The notes below the pieces were generated by a model, which saw nothing but the letters and a program-made list of their open reading frames with translations, did not search any database and was not told the origin of the DNA. The translations under genes were made by a program, and so were the position numbers. Shown in pieces: positions 1 through 12,851 of a DNA stretch of 64,000 nt. The stretch is from Macrostomum lignano (lineage: Eukaryota), in the NCBI GenBank assembly GCA_002269645.1, contig NIVC01001128.1, positions 186,001 through 250,000 of the forward strand, given 5' to 3'. Each line of letters opens with the position of its first letter. Position 1 is the first letter of the stretch.

Positions 1-3000
1 TGGCAGCAAGCGCTCTCTGATTTGCTCGGCAGCAACCTTCGCGGCCATTGCGTTGAGCTCGCTGGTAGCGCTGCCACCAGTTCCGTCCATCTGCGGCAGC
101 AGCATGCTATCTGTCGGTTTGGTCTTCACCATGTCGAGCGTAGCGCCAAACTCGGCCAGTTGAGCAACAGCCGCTTGAGCAACTTTCGTAGTCAGACCCT
201 GGCCCATCTCTGAACCGCTGTGCACAATAGAGATGCTGCCGTCCATGTGCACTGTCATGTCCACTTCCGATGGGCCAAATCTGGCGTAGCTGATGTGGTA
301 CGAGATTGCAGACATGTCGAGTCCTCTCTTCTTGTAGTGATTTTCCTAAAAGTATGATATAGGTTACCGAGTATTCATTTTTATTTTTTAATTTTTTATT
401 CAGAAATATAACTTTGCAAGGTCGAAAGAATTAATATCATTGGTAACAATCACACCTTATTGAACTTCTCGATTGCACTTCGACGCTTCTCAATATCGGC
501 CTCTTTGTAAAGGTCGTCCCACATCCGCCCCAGGTTATTGTCAGCTCGCTCCATTCCGTGCTGGTCGACCTATAGTGATTGTTCGCGTGTATTTTTTACT
601 GACTAAACGTCATATTATTGTTTCGAAGCGAGCATCAGAATTACAAACCTGGCCAGCACGATAAAGATTCTTCCTTTTAAACTCAATCGGATCCATCCTG
701 AGCTCATGGGCCATATGGTCCATCATGAGTAGATTAAGCATAGCGGCTGGAGCGGATCCGGGCGCCCTGACGGCAGTAGCCTGCGGCTTGTTTGACTTCA
801 TGTAGGTTAGGTCCCGTTTAAATGTGTCAGCGTGATACGCCTGGTCCAGCGAATCGTCCATCTCGCGGCCGATCAGCGTGATGAAGTTGCACGCGTATCC
901 AGCTTCAACAGCCGAGTCCCAGTGAACGCTTCGGAGAACGCCATCAGTGTCAGCTCCGGCCTTGTACTTAGCAACAATGGTCGGTCGCTTCTGTCCGCTG
1001 AGTGCAAAGGTGTCCAGGCGTAGGTACATCCGGCAGGGACGATGCGTGATGTCGCATGCAATCGCGCACACCGCAATCACGTGATCTACCTGCAATTCGG
1101 CCCCGAATTTCAGAGATGCTCAGAGAGAGATAGGGGCGTAGCGTGGAGCTTAGCTGGCCCTTTTAGGCTTGTAATTCGTGGTACCGGCGCTTAGCTTACG
1201 TCAAGCGCCCTCCCCCCCCCCAAATAAATGGGGCCCAAATATACGTGAAAAGACTCGCACCCACAATTAACCCTGTGACTACTTGCTTAGGCCCGATTCA
1301 AAAACAACTGCATAGTAACTAGTGAATCTACCAGTTACCAGCTACCAGCTACCAGCTACCAGTTAGCAGCTACCAGCTACCAGCTACCGGCTATCAGCTA
1401 CCAGTTAGCAGCTACCAGTTACCAGCTACCGGCTACCAGCTACCGGCTACCATCTACCGGCTACCAGCTACCGGCTACCATCTACCGGCTACCAGCTACC
1501 AGCTACCAGCTACCGGCTATCAGCTACCAGTTACCAGCTACCAGCTACCGGCTACCAGCTACCGGCTACCAGCTACCAGCTACATTGTACCAGTGATTAC
1601 TTTTCAGTCTGAGAAAAGCCAGTCCCCTAGACGTGTTCTGATTGGTCGAGAAACCCTTTAAACAGCCGTCAAAACTAAACGGATTTGGTAGACTTCGATT
1701 TGCTTCCTTGATAGATTCACAAAAATTCCAAATAAAGAAGGTTGCGGCCTACTTGTTATTTATGAAATCGGATTTTGAAGGACTGGTAAAAATCAGTAGT
1801 AGCTCCATCTATTTGATGCAAGATTATGAATGCAGCAACTACTTGACAGTTGACACTGCTGAATATACGTCTGTAAGACGGTATTTCTGAAGTCACTTTA
1901 GTCACATGAGAGAGAGAGAGAGATGAAGAACCCATGAGTAGGCACTAAGTGAAGAATTTTGAGGCTTATTTTGTTAAATCTCTTATCTATCTTAAGACTG
2001 CCTATCAGATTCAAATAGGTTTCGACATTCTGATTGATGTATTGTTTCATTACCATAAACATTTTTCCACCAAATCCGCCGCCGATTCGCGGACTAATTG
2101 CCCGGATTTGATTCCTAGGCCTGCGAAGCACCTTAGAGAGCATCACGGTGACGCCCTCGATCCACTGGTGCGGCGCCTGAACTAGGAAGCCCTCCTCCGT
2201 GCGGCGCACGCTGGCGGTCAGCGACTCGATGAAGAAGTGAATCTGCTCGCCGACCGTCACTTCGCCTTCAACGCGAACTGGCTGCTTGGCCAGGGTGGCA
2301 TCGGCGTCCTCCTTGGAAGCCCGCTGAGCATCCTTGAAGTGGATCGATTTCTTAGCCAAAGCCTCCGTGATGTGCACGATTGGCTCCTCGTCTCCGGCGT
2401 CGAATTTCACGTCGACAAGACTGGCTGCTCGGTCGGCGGCCCACTGGGTCTCGGCGAGGACCACGGCCACGGGCTGGCCAGCGAAGCCGACAAGCTTAGA
2501 TGGGAAGATCTCGTCCGTCTGCCTAAAAGTTGTCGCGACTTTCTTAGCCATTTCTTAGATCATCTGCACTTTGTCTCTGTTTACTCAGTTTTCTCTCCCT
2601 CTGTCTAGTTCAATCTTGTTATTCTTATCTCTCTCTCCCTTGCTGCCTTCTGATTGGCTCTTCAATATCGTCTCTTTCCTTAGTCGCGCACTCCACCCCT
2701 TCTTGTTTTATATTGCACTCAACCCCCCCCGCCCGGCTTTATTGCCATATATATACCCGTTGGGGCCCTAAGCCCCTCTGTCTAGCTGTCTCTCTGTTTT
2801 GTTTTCAACTCTAAATACTCTTAGTTTATTGATAATTCTTTACAAAAAAGGCAATTCAATTTCGTAGCTCATGGGCCAATAATCCAAGCGGGCAAGTAGA
2901 AGGGAGATGATTATGGACTTTACTGGAAATTTGAGAAGGCAGTTGAACATTAATACTCATCCACCGATTGTTAATGAATTGCGGTTTTTTAATGTACATC

Positions 3001-6000
3001 TTAAAGGCATGACTCTCCGTTTTCATGGCAACGTAACTGACTGTACGAGGCGTTATACAATAACACTTTGCTTTGTGTATGGTTCAAGCATATCGATCAG
3101 AGAATAAAATTCAATGAACACTTTTCGTGACTCAGTGGACCTTCTCGAAATTATTCGCTGCTTCATCTCAGAGTCTGAAGATTTTTTCTTCACAAGTTGC
3201 TTACCTTAACCGATATGTCTTATTGATTGCTTTGATTTGTAGCGACAGATTGATAATTTATTTCCTGATATCGTTCGTTCAGACGTACGTGTAGACTTAA
3301 TACGACCTACAGAAGATACGCTCGTAATTGTGACGATACAAGGAACTCACATTTCTGGCGGGAAGATTGGCATCGTAGTGTTATTGGTGTACTTTCCCTC
3401 CAAGTCCTTCAAACTTAGCATGCTGTGGTATCCAGGGACTTTCTGAAGTGGTTAACTCTTGCATTAAAGTACATAAGTCTGGTTGACAAGCAAAATTCAA
3501 TATCAAACTATCGCACCTCTGCTTCCTCAGTATCGAAACCGGTGACCTTGATGGCGGCCTCGGGAGCCAGAACGTAGGCCAAGAACAGCTCATTCGCGTG
3601 AGCTGGGTAGTCGTTCACGTAGGTGGCCTCGCCGGATGTCTGCGCCTTGGACTCGAGCTTCCTGACCGACTGGCCCAGCGGTGCCGGCTGAAGCTCTTCG
3701 ACAAAGTCTTGCTCGCTCCTCTGAAGAGGCCGGGTGAGGACGGGACCGCCCGAGCGAGCGGCGCCTTCCACAGCGTCGCTGCCGATGTCCAAGATGGTCT
3801 TGTAGAGAAGGTTCACGGCCAGCTGTCGACGGTGCTCGGGTGAGGAGGCGGTGGCTTCCTCGACTGGCACCACCTCCGACTCGAGCACCTTCAATGCGGC
3901 TGACAAATATTTTCAGATGTGTCGGAGAATGTTTTAACTCTTCACTGTATCAAAACAAAACATAAGTATCTATATGAGCATTGATAATAAAGGCGACTCA
4001 CACTGAACAACTTCTTCATCTAGCAGACTCTTGTTCAGAAGAAAGTTCTCCGTCTTGATGGCATGATTCTGTTGATTTAATTTAAGAGGAAACGTTTGAC
4101 TTTCTGAATTTTTGTATTGAATTTCATTTTACAGTGCAACCGCTAGACGCCAAAACGAACTTACAAACTTATCAGATATTCCTCCAATCAGAATGTTCGG
4201 TCGTTCGGTCACTCGATAATTTTGCCTTTTGTCCACGGCAAATTGAAATGCGCCGTTTACGTAGGCATGAGCGTTCTAGAAAAATTTGCATACTCGCGTT
4301 AAAAACTGTATTACTAGCAGTAGGCAAATAAGCAAAATCTTACTCTTTGACTTTCGAAAAAGGACAGCAATTCAATTCTAGTGTCAGTCTAAGCTATCAG
4401 TCTTGAGTAGGGGTGTTCGGGTTTCATTTTTTCTAAGTCTAACCCGAACCCCGAACCCGACCGAAATCCGACCGACCCCGAATCCCGAATACCCCTAGTC
4501 TTAAGAACTAAAGGCCTACTGGCTGAAAAAATACGATAACGATCAATTCGAAAAACTATAACTGGCGAGTTACGACACTTTTATCTTCAATTTAATCTTA
4601 ACGCTGAAGCAACGCAGTGTCAACGTTGTAAAGCCACTTTTAGAACTAATCATTCAGTTCTGTAATAGAAACGCTTTTCAGACTACTAAGAATAACAAAA
4701 CAACAAAATGCTAAAATACAACTCACGAGCTGACGCGGCGTGATCTTGAACGACCTGTAGAAGTGCTGATCCGTTGAGATCGCCGGCAGCTTGGCCGACA
4801 CGATCACCTTCCCGCGCATGTCCAGCCTCAGAAAGTCGGTCAGCACGTGATCCTGAGTACCCTGCTCATCCGCCACCTTGATCACGGTCTTGCCGCCTCC
4901 AGTGTGATAAACACGTCCGACGGAAAGTCCTGGTGTCGGTGCTTCATCATGAGGTTTCCGGCCCACGACGCATTCGCGCGAACGGCCTGATTGGCTACCT
5001 GCTGGTAGTGGTCGCTGATTCTGTCGAGGTGAGCCAGTCTGGAACCTTCTCGGCTGCCTCCTTGAATGTGTCGATCAACTCGCGCAGAGTGACGGTAGCA
5101 CCGATCTCCAGACCCGACTTGCTCAGCTGAAAGCAAAGCAAAGATTTATTCAGATTGCGAACATACAATCCAACTGATAAACTCTTGCTGTAACATCTAC
5201 CACTCACCCTGATGTTGTGCAGCTCTGGAACGTTGCGAACGTTGATGTAGCAGTTGACGAGCACGTCTTCCTTGAACACTCCGGCAGAAGTGTTTCCGCA
5301 CACGAGCTGGTACTCATCGTCCTTGTACCGCTTGAGCAGCTTGAGCAGTTGGTCTAAGCTTCCAGGATTGTAGAAGCGCTGTCCCTTCCAGCCGCGAGCG
5401 ATCGGATCACACCGGATGTAGGTGGTTTCGCGATGCCTTCAGCGCACAGGCTCTTGTTCATTTCCTGAACAATGGAGTTGATGTTGTATGTGTGAAGGGG
5501 TTGAATGGGATGTTGAAAGGTACTACTGATTGTGCGCCAGATAACATAGGTGTAAACTCAGACTCACCTCGATGTCCACGCAACCACCGTTGTTCGAGTC
5601 GCACGCAAACGACTTCATGCCGTCGAGAATGGACCGATAGCCTGTGCAGCGACAAATGTTTCCGTCGAAGAAGTGCTCGACCTGCTGCATCGTCGGCTTC
5701 GGTTCTCCTGCAGCTGGCTGTACATGCTCATGACGAATCCGGGAGAGCAGAAGCCGCACTGGGTTCCATAGTGCTCGGCGAGTCTCTCTTGGATCGGGTG
5801 GTACGGCTTGCCGCTGCCTCCGATGCCCTCGATGGTGGTGACGTGCCAGCCTACTGCCGAGTACACCGGACACAAGCACTGCAAACGATCACACGAGTCG
5901 CGTCATGACCTCAGAGCTGACGTATTCAACTTCATCTTAGTAGGTCGTAATCACGAAGCAAAAGGTGACTCACCGAGTTGACAGGCACTGACACGACCTC

Positions 6001-6499
6001 TTCTGTAGCCGGGTGCTTGTAGGTGGCCGTGACAACGCAGCATCCGCACCCGCCTTCTCTACACATAACTTTGGTGCCCTTGAGGTTGAGCACATCGCGA
6101 AGGAAGTCGTTCAGGCTGGTCTCAGGGTTGCAGTCTCTGGGAACTATGAATTAAAGTTGGCTCTGTAGCTAAAGACAGCATGGATTATATTCAATTATCT
6201 CAGCCACTCCCCGGATATTATAAACTGAGGTGGATACGTTGACAGGTATTTCATAGTCAGATAGTGTCATTACTTTGCGCCTGCTGAGATGAGACCAAGT
6301 GACGTCTCGAAACGTGTCAGACACTCGCACCAATTCGCATGTCCGTAATTATTCTCATCTTTCCATCGCTAGTAGTGCTTAGGCTTAAGTTTGTTAGAAA
6401 CAAATAAAACTTTAGTGAAATATACTTACTCTCAAGCGCTTTACCATTCACATGAATGCTTGGCTCCCCGCTGGATGGAGCTATCCCTCCTGAGTACAT
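1..6499 (-). CDS. Aldehyde oxidase / xanthine dehydrogenase-family molybdo-flavoenzyme, copy A (3' end outside window; four 1-bp deletions relative to copy B)
   Basis: Exons (minus strand): 6430-6499, 5974-6143, 5568-5878, 5208-5464, 4727-5126, 4165-4275, 4002-4068, 3517-3899, 3351-3442, 2054-2522, 649-1089, 456-569, <1-345, all GT-AG and colinear with copy B. Motifs: 2Fe-2[27 protein letters not shown]; FAD domain [16 protein letters not shown]; Moco domain [33 protein letters not shown]. Frameshifts near 4890, 5040, 5405 and 5701. Confidence 0.88.
1329..1583. repeat. 7-bp tandem repeat (ACCAGCT)n in an intron of AOX copy A
   Basis: Directly visible accagct/accggct array. Confidence 0.95.
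4408..4497. mobile_element. 90-bp hAT-type MITE
   Basis: Terminal inverted repeats TAGGGGTGTTCGGG / CCCGAATACCCCTA (13/14 match). 8-bp flanks GTCTTGAG (4400-4407) and GTCTTAAG (4498-4505) match at 7/8, the hAT-type TSD length. Internal CCCGAA repeats. It lies in an intron of copy A and is absent from the equivalent short intron of copy B. Confidence 0.7.
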
Positions 6500-7689
6500 T
6501 TCTTTTGAATATGATGTTTTCGAGACTACAGAGCTGAACTATATTCTATTATGGCTAAGGTGAGTTGTAGCGATTAATTTTGCATTAGTTGCCATTTATA
6601 TTCTTCAGTATTGTTTAGCGAGGTAGATTTGCTGATACAATTTTTCCAGTGTTATCAGTTTGTATTCAAATCCTAGTTAAGGCTGGTTGGTACCTGTGTG
6701 GCGGGTAGAGCGTACGTCAGATAAGAACCGCAACGAGCAAGCAAACTTGATTTAGTGAGCTGCACTCGAAGTCGGATCTCAGTTCGATGCTTTGCTACTA
6801 GCCTGCTGCAAGTCAACTCTCGTATCTGATAACCTCCAAGCAAAGTTTCTTTTAGGGTCAATTGGTTGAACTGCGGCAGCTCGGCAAGGTTTAATCATAC
6901 GCTGCTCTGCTTCAATGAGAATTCATAACATTTTATCACAAATTTCTCAATTAGTACAAGTAGATACATCTTAACTAAGCGGTAAATCGACGGCTGATAT
7001 GCGTAAAATCTTCTTTATTTAAATGTTGGCCATGCGAAAGCTAATTCTATCGATTGATATGTAAAATGCTGGTTTTATTGTTTAATTATTAGCGAACTCA
7101 ATCATGATTGGTCATAATTTATTACAGAGCAGCACAAACAGCTCGCTTTCGATTAACCACGCAAGTAAAAAATTAATACTAGCTACGACGAAAAGAATAT
7201 TTTGCAACAAGATATTGTAGCTCGTAAAAGTCTTACTCATTCTCAGTGATCCTTTGCTGCTACAGAAACTACCAGCTACTTCAATAAAAAAATGACGGCC
7301 TAGCTTTAGGGGCGCATAGATTTTAGCAAAAAGCGTCAAATAAATAACTACACACAGGGGTAACTACCAAGAAAGTAATTAATAAAAAGCAGTAGAACAA
7401 AAGGATTTAGCAGAAATGACAACATTTTTCAATTCAAAAAATTCAAAATTTAGGGATCGGAAACAACTGGCACTTTATGCGGCAGCTGATAAGTAAAATT
7501 TTAAAAATCTAAATAGAAAACTAATGGCTACATATTATATATACATAGCAAACTTTTTTATTTAGATTCGCATTTCTAAAGTGGTAGCGCAAAGTTCAAG
7601 CCAGAGACACCATAGCGCAATAAACAACAAACTAAAATCGTCCAAACGCTTGATCAGCGTAATCAAACACAGAGACTGCCCGATTTCTT

Positions 7690-10600
7690 TTACTCAGAAT
7701 GTTCAAATTTCCTGTCCTTGGTGCCGACCTCGCACAGCTGGAGCACCCGGGCCGGCGTCAGCGGCAGCTCAAACGTCAGGTTCACGTCCGGCTTTCCCTG
7801 CTGCTTCCGGAAGGCCTCAATCGCTCTCTTGATGGCGGTGACGCAGGTGGCCGCCAAACCGAGCGGCGGCTCCCCGATCGCCTTGGTGCTGAACACGCTG
7901 TCGGTGTCTCCCGGCTTCTTCAGCAGGTGGACGCGGAAGTCGCGCGGCACGTCGGCAGCCTGCGGCGGCTTATAGTTCCAGGTACCGTCGGCCAGGTTTC
8001 GCCCGGTGTCGGAGTCGTACACGGTTCTCTCGGTCAGGTAGTAACCCATGCCGAACACGTAGGCGCCCTCGATCTGGCCAATGTCCACGCCAGGGTTGAG
8101 GCTCTTGCCGATGTCCATCGTGATGTCCGAGCGCAGGACGACGTACTCGCCGGTGAGGATGTCCACCTCCACCTCTGCCGCGCCAACGCCGAGGGTAGAG
8201 TAGCGAGCGTGCTGGGATTTACGATTTTGGCTGGCGTAGCTGAATGTTCGAGAACGTGTTGTAAATTATTTATAATCTTTGTAAATCCAGTCACAGGTGA
8301 CGAATTAGGAGCTAATGAATGGACTACTTACCTGCCGAAAGCTTTGAGCAAGACTCCAGACATGATTGCCGCGACAACCAGTTCATTCCAACCGGCATCT
8401 GGCTTATTCTCTTTGATCGGCAACAAGCGCTCTTTGATTTGATCAGCGGCAGCTTTGGCTGCCATGGCGTTGAGCTCGCTAGTAGCGCTGCCGCCGGTTG
8501 CGTCCATCTGTGGCAGCATCATAGTGTCGGTCGGTTTGGCCTTCACCATGTCGAGTGTGGCGCCAAACTCGGCCAGCTGAGCAACAGCCGCTTGAGCAAC
8601 TTTCGTTGTCAGACCCTGGCCCATTTCCGTGCCGCTATGTACAATGGAGATGCTGCCGTCCATGTGCACCGTAAGATCGACCTCGGATATGCCAACGCGA
8701 GCATAACTGATCGGGTAGGAAATAGCGGACATGTCCAGCCCCCGTTTTTTGTACGCGTTAGCCTGGAAACACGGTGGGGGATTAAATGATGTATACTTAA
8801 ATTAGGTAGCTCATGAACTTTGCTTAAACTTGAATATGACTTTGCAGTTAACAATCACACTTTTTCTTTACCAGATTGAAGGTGTCGATGTCTTTTCTAC
8901 GCTGGTCTATCTCAGCGGCAATGTACAACTCGTCCCACATTCGCACCAGATTGTCTTTTGTTCGTTCCATGCCATTCTGGTCCAACTTGAATTGGATTGG
9001 TTTAAATATTCCAAATTAAAGAAAGGACTAACATCTCTTAGCGCTCATGATTTTTGCTTTGAAAATTGATAAATATGTCTATTACCTGTCCGTCTCTATA
9101 CAAATTCTTTCGTTTGAAGTCGATAGGATCAATTTTTAGCTTATAAGCCATGTGGTCCATCATGAGTAGGTTGAACAGCGCGGCTGGACCGGCTCCCGGA
9201 GCTCGAACTGATGTGCTCTGTGGCTTATTCGTTTTTAGGTAAGTCAGATTCCTCTTGAACGTTGGCGAGTAGTACGCTTGATCCATTGAGTCATCCATCT
9301 CTCGGCCAATTATGGTGACAACATTACAGACGTAGCCCGCGTCCAAATAAGAGTCCCAATGGACGCTCTTTAGCTGACCATCCTCTGTAGCGCCAGCTTT
9401 GTACTTTGCGATCACGGTTGGACGCTTCTGGCTGTACTGGGCCAGAGAATCAAGGCGAAGAAACATGCGACAGGGTCGGCGGGTAATATCGCACGCGATA
9501 GTGCAGAGAGCAGTAGCGTGATCTATCTGTAATGCGCGGAGTATAAAATGCCGATGTGTATAGCTTTGTGACTCAATACTTCAACGAAATGCAAATATTA
9601 AGCATAAAAATCGGTGACTGCCAACCATAAAAATTTTTCCACCGAATCCGCCGCCCAAACGGGGACAGACCACTCGAAAATGGTTCCTTGGTCTGCCCAT
9701 CACCTTGGCGAGCACCATAGAGGAAACTTCTGGCCACTGGTGCGGCGCATACACCAAAAAGCCTTCCTCTGTTTGGCGAACGCTGGTAGTCACTGACTCC
9801 ATGAAAAAGTGCAGCTGCTCACCGACCACAAACTCTCCTTCAATCTGCACCGACTGCTTTGCCAACTCAGCGTCAGGGTCTTCTTTCGAGGCTCTTTGTG
9901 CATCCTGGAAGAACATAGATTGCTTAGCCAAAGCCTCCGTGATGTGCACAATTGGCTCATCATCTCCGGCATCGAAGTTCACTTCGACCAGACTGGCTGC
10001 CCGGTCGGCGGCCCACTGGGTCTCGGCGAGGACCGCGGCAACGGGTTGACCAGCAAAACCAACAGCTTTGGATGGGAAGATCTCGTCCGTCTGCCTAAAG
10101 ACACCAATTTTATTCAGGGGCATGCATAGATTTCTTCTTATACTTTGTAGAAATCCTTTCACGTGCGTTTAGGAATATACCAGATTACTAGTACGAGCTA
10201 CTTACGGTACACGAAGAAATAAGCAAATGTTGTCAAAACTTACGCCTCGGGAGGAAGAATGGGAAGAGTGCAGTTGTTGGTGTATTTTCCCTCTAAGTCC
10301 TTGACTGTAAGGATGCTGTGGAAACCGGGCACTCTCTATAAAAAATTTTTTTAATTCAATAAACTAGGCATCGTAGTCTAGGGCAAAGCAGATCTATTTT
10401 CTAAAAAAGTGACAAACATGCATAATATATGTACCTCAGCTTCCTCAGTGTCGAAACCTGTGACCTTGATGGCGGCCTCGGGAGCCAGAACGTAGGCCAA
10501 GAACAGCTCATTCGCGTGAGCTGGGTAGTCGTTCACGTAGGTGGCCTCGCCGGATGTCTGCGCCTTGGACTCGAGCTTCCTGACCGACTGGCCCAGCGGT

Positions 10601-12851
10601 GCCGGCTGAAGCTCTTCGACAAAGTCCTGCTCGCCCCTCTGGAGAGGCCGGGTGAGGACGGGACCGCCCGAGCGAGCGGCACCTTCCACAGCGTCGCTGC
10701 CGATGTCCAAGATGGTCTTGTAGAGAAGGTTCACGGCCAGCTGTCGACGGTGCTCGGGTGAGGAGGCGGTGGCTTCCTCAACCGGCACCACCTCCGACTC
10801 GAGCACCTTCAGCGCGGCTGAAAGTTTTTGAGTGTCGGTTAAGTGACTGTCAAGTTTTCAAGCGATTCTTAAGTCCAAAAATTATTTTAACAACACAACC
10901 CTTCGTTTAAAACTCACATTCGACAACCTCTTCATCCAGAAGGCTCTTGTTCAGCAGAAAGTTTTCTGTCTTCGTGGCTCGATTCTACAACAGACAAGGT
11001 TACATGTCAACTACTTTGTTGCTTCTGTTTCGCTACTATAAGTTTAGAATCAGCTGCAGTGCTTACAAATTTGTCAGAAATTCCACCAATAACAATGGTT
11101 GGACGCTCAAGCACAGTGTAGTCCTTTTTCTTGTCAACAGCAAGCTCAAAGGCTCCGTTAACGTAGGCATGAGCGTTCTGCAAGAGAAACATGTGGGTAT
11201 TTCAATGTAGCAAAGTATTATTGGTTGTACATAGTGTTGTGTCAGAAATCATGATTGACTTTTAGCTCACGAGCTGACGCGGCGTGATCTTGAACGACCT
11301 GTAGAAGTGCTTGTCCGTCGAGATAGCCGGCAGCTTGGCCGACACGATCACCTTCCCGCGCATGTCCAGCCTCAGAAAGTCGGTCAGCACGTGATCCTGA
11401 GTACCCTGCTCATCCGCCACCTTGATCACGGTCTTTGCCGCCTCCAGTGTGATGAACACGTCCGACGGAAAGTCCTGGTGTCGGTGCTTCATCATGAGGT
11501 TTCCGGCCCACGACGCATTCGCGCGAACGGCCTGATTGGCTACCTGCTGGTAGTGGTCGCTGATTCTGTCGAGGTGAGCCAGTCCGGGAACCTTCTCGGC
11601 TGCCTCCTTGAATGTGTCGATCAACTCGCGCAGAGTGACGGTAGCACCGATCTCCAGACCCGACTTGCTCAGCTGAAAGCAATGCAAAGAGTTATTCAGA
11701 TTGCGAACATACAATCCAACTGATAAACTCTTGCTGTAACATCTACCACTCACCCTGATGTTGTGCAGCTCTGGAACGTTGCGAACGTTGATGTAGCAGT
11801 TAACGAGCACGTCTTCCTTGAACACTCCGGCAGAAGTGTTTCCGCACACGAGCTGGTACTCATCGTCCTTGTACCGCTTGAGCAGCTTGAGCAGTTGGTC
11901 TAAGCTTCCAGGATTGTAGAAGCGCTGTCCCTTCCAGCCGCGAGCGATCGGAATCACACCGGATGTAGGTGGCTTCGCGATGCCTTCAGCGCACAGGCTC
12001 TTGTTCATTTCCTGAACAATGGAGTTGATGTTGCATGTGTAAAGGGGTTGAATGGGATGTTGAAAGGTACTACTGATTGTGCGCCAGATAGCATAGGTGT
12101 AAACCTCAGACTCACCTCGATGTCCACGCAACCACCGTTGTTCGAGTCGCACGCAAACGACTTCATGCCGTCGAGAATGGACCGATAGCCTGTGCAGCGA
12201 CAAATGTTTCCGTCGAAGAAGTGCTCGACCTGCTGCATCGTCGGCTTCGGGTTCTCCTGCAGCTGGCTGTACATGCTCATGACGAATCCGGGAGAGCAGA
12301 AGCCGCACTGGGTTCCATAGTGCTCGGCGAGTCTCTCTTGGATCGGGTGGTACGGCTTGCCGCTGCCTCCGATGCCCTCGATGGTGGTAACGTGCCAGCC
12401 TACTGCCGAGTACACCGGACACAGGCACTGCAAACGATCACAAGAGTCGCGTCATGACCTCAGAGCTGACGTATTGAATTGCATCCTTAGTAGGTCGTAA
12501 TCACGAAGCAAAAGGTGACTCACCGAGTTGACAGGCACTGACACGACCTCTTCTGTAGCCGGGTGCTTGTAGGTGGCCGTGACAACGCAGCATCCGCACC
12601 CGCCTTCTCTACACATAACTTTGGTGCCCTTGAGGTTGAGCATATCGCGAAGAAAGTCATTGAGACTGGTCTCAGGGTTGCAGTCCTTGGGAACTGTTTA
12701 AGTTTATAGGGATGCACTATTTTATTTGTGTGTTAATACGCTCGTAAGCACAAAAGAGCAATATTATTAGACTTGATTTACCATTTGTGGCTCTTCCGTT
12801 AACGAAAATCACGGGATCACCGCTGGAAGGCACAATGCCGCTCGAATACAT
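7690..12851 (-). CDS. Aldehyde oxidase / xanthine dehydrogenase-family molybdo-flavoenzyme, copy B, complete (1289 aa)
   Basis: 14 exons: 12782-12851, 12524-12693, 12116-12427, 11754-12011, 11271-11672, 11067-11177, 10918-10984, 10435-10817, 10244-10335, 9626-10094, 9086-9526, 8872-8985, 8332-8762, 7690-8239. Sum 3870 nt with consistent phases. Carries both 2Fe-2S motifs, the FAD domain and the Moco domain, including [22 protein letters not shown] and the catalytic-Glu motif KAIGEPPL. Confidence 0.94.

Noticed and set aside
7581-12457. Plus-strand ORFs overlapping the AOX exons (for example 7699-8442, 247 aa)
   Set aside because: Antisense shadows of GC3-rich coding sequence with no recognisable motifs.
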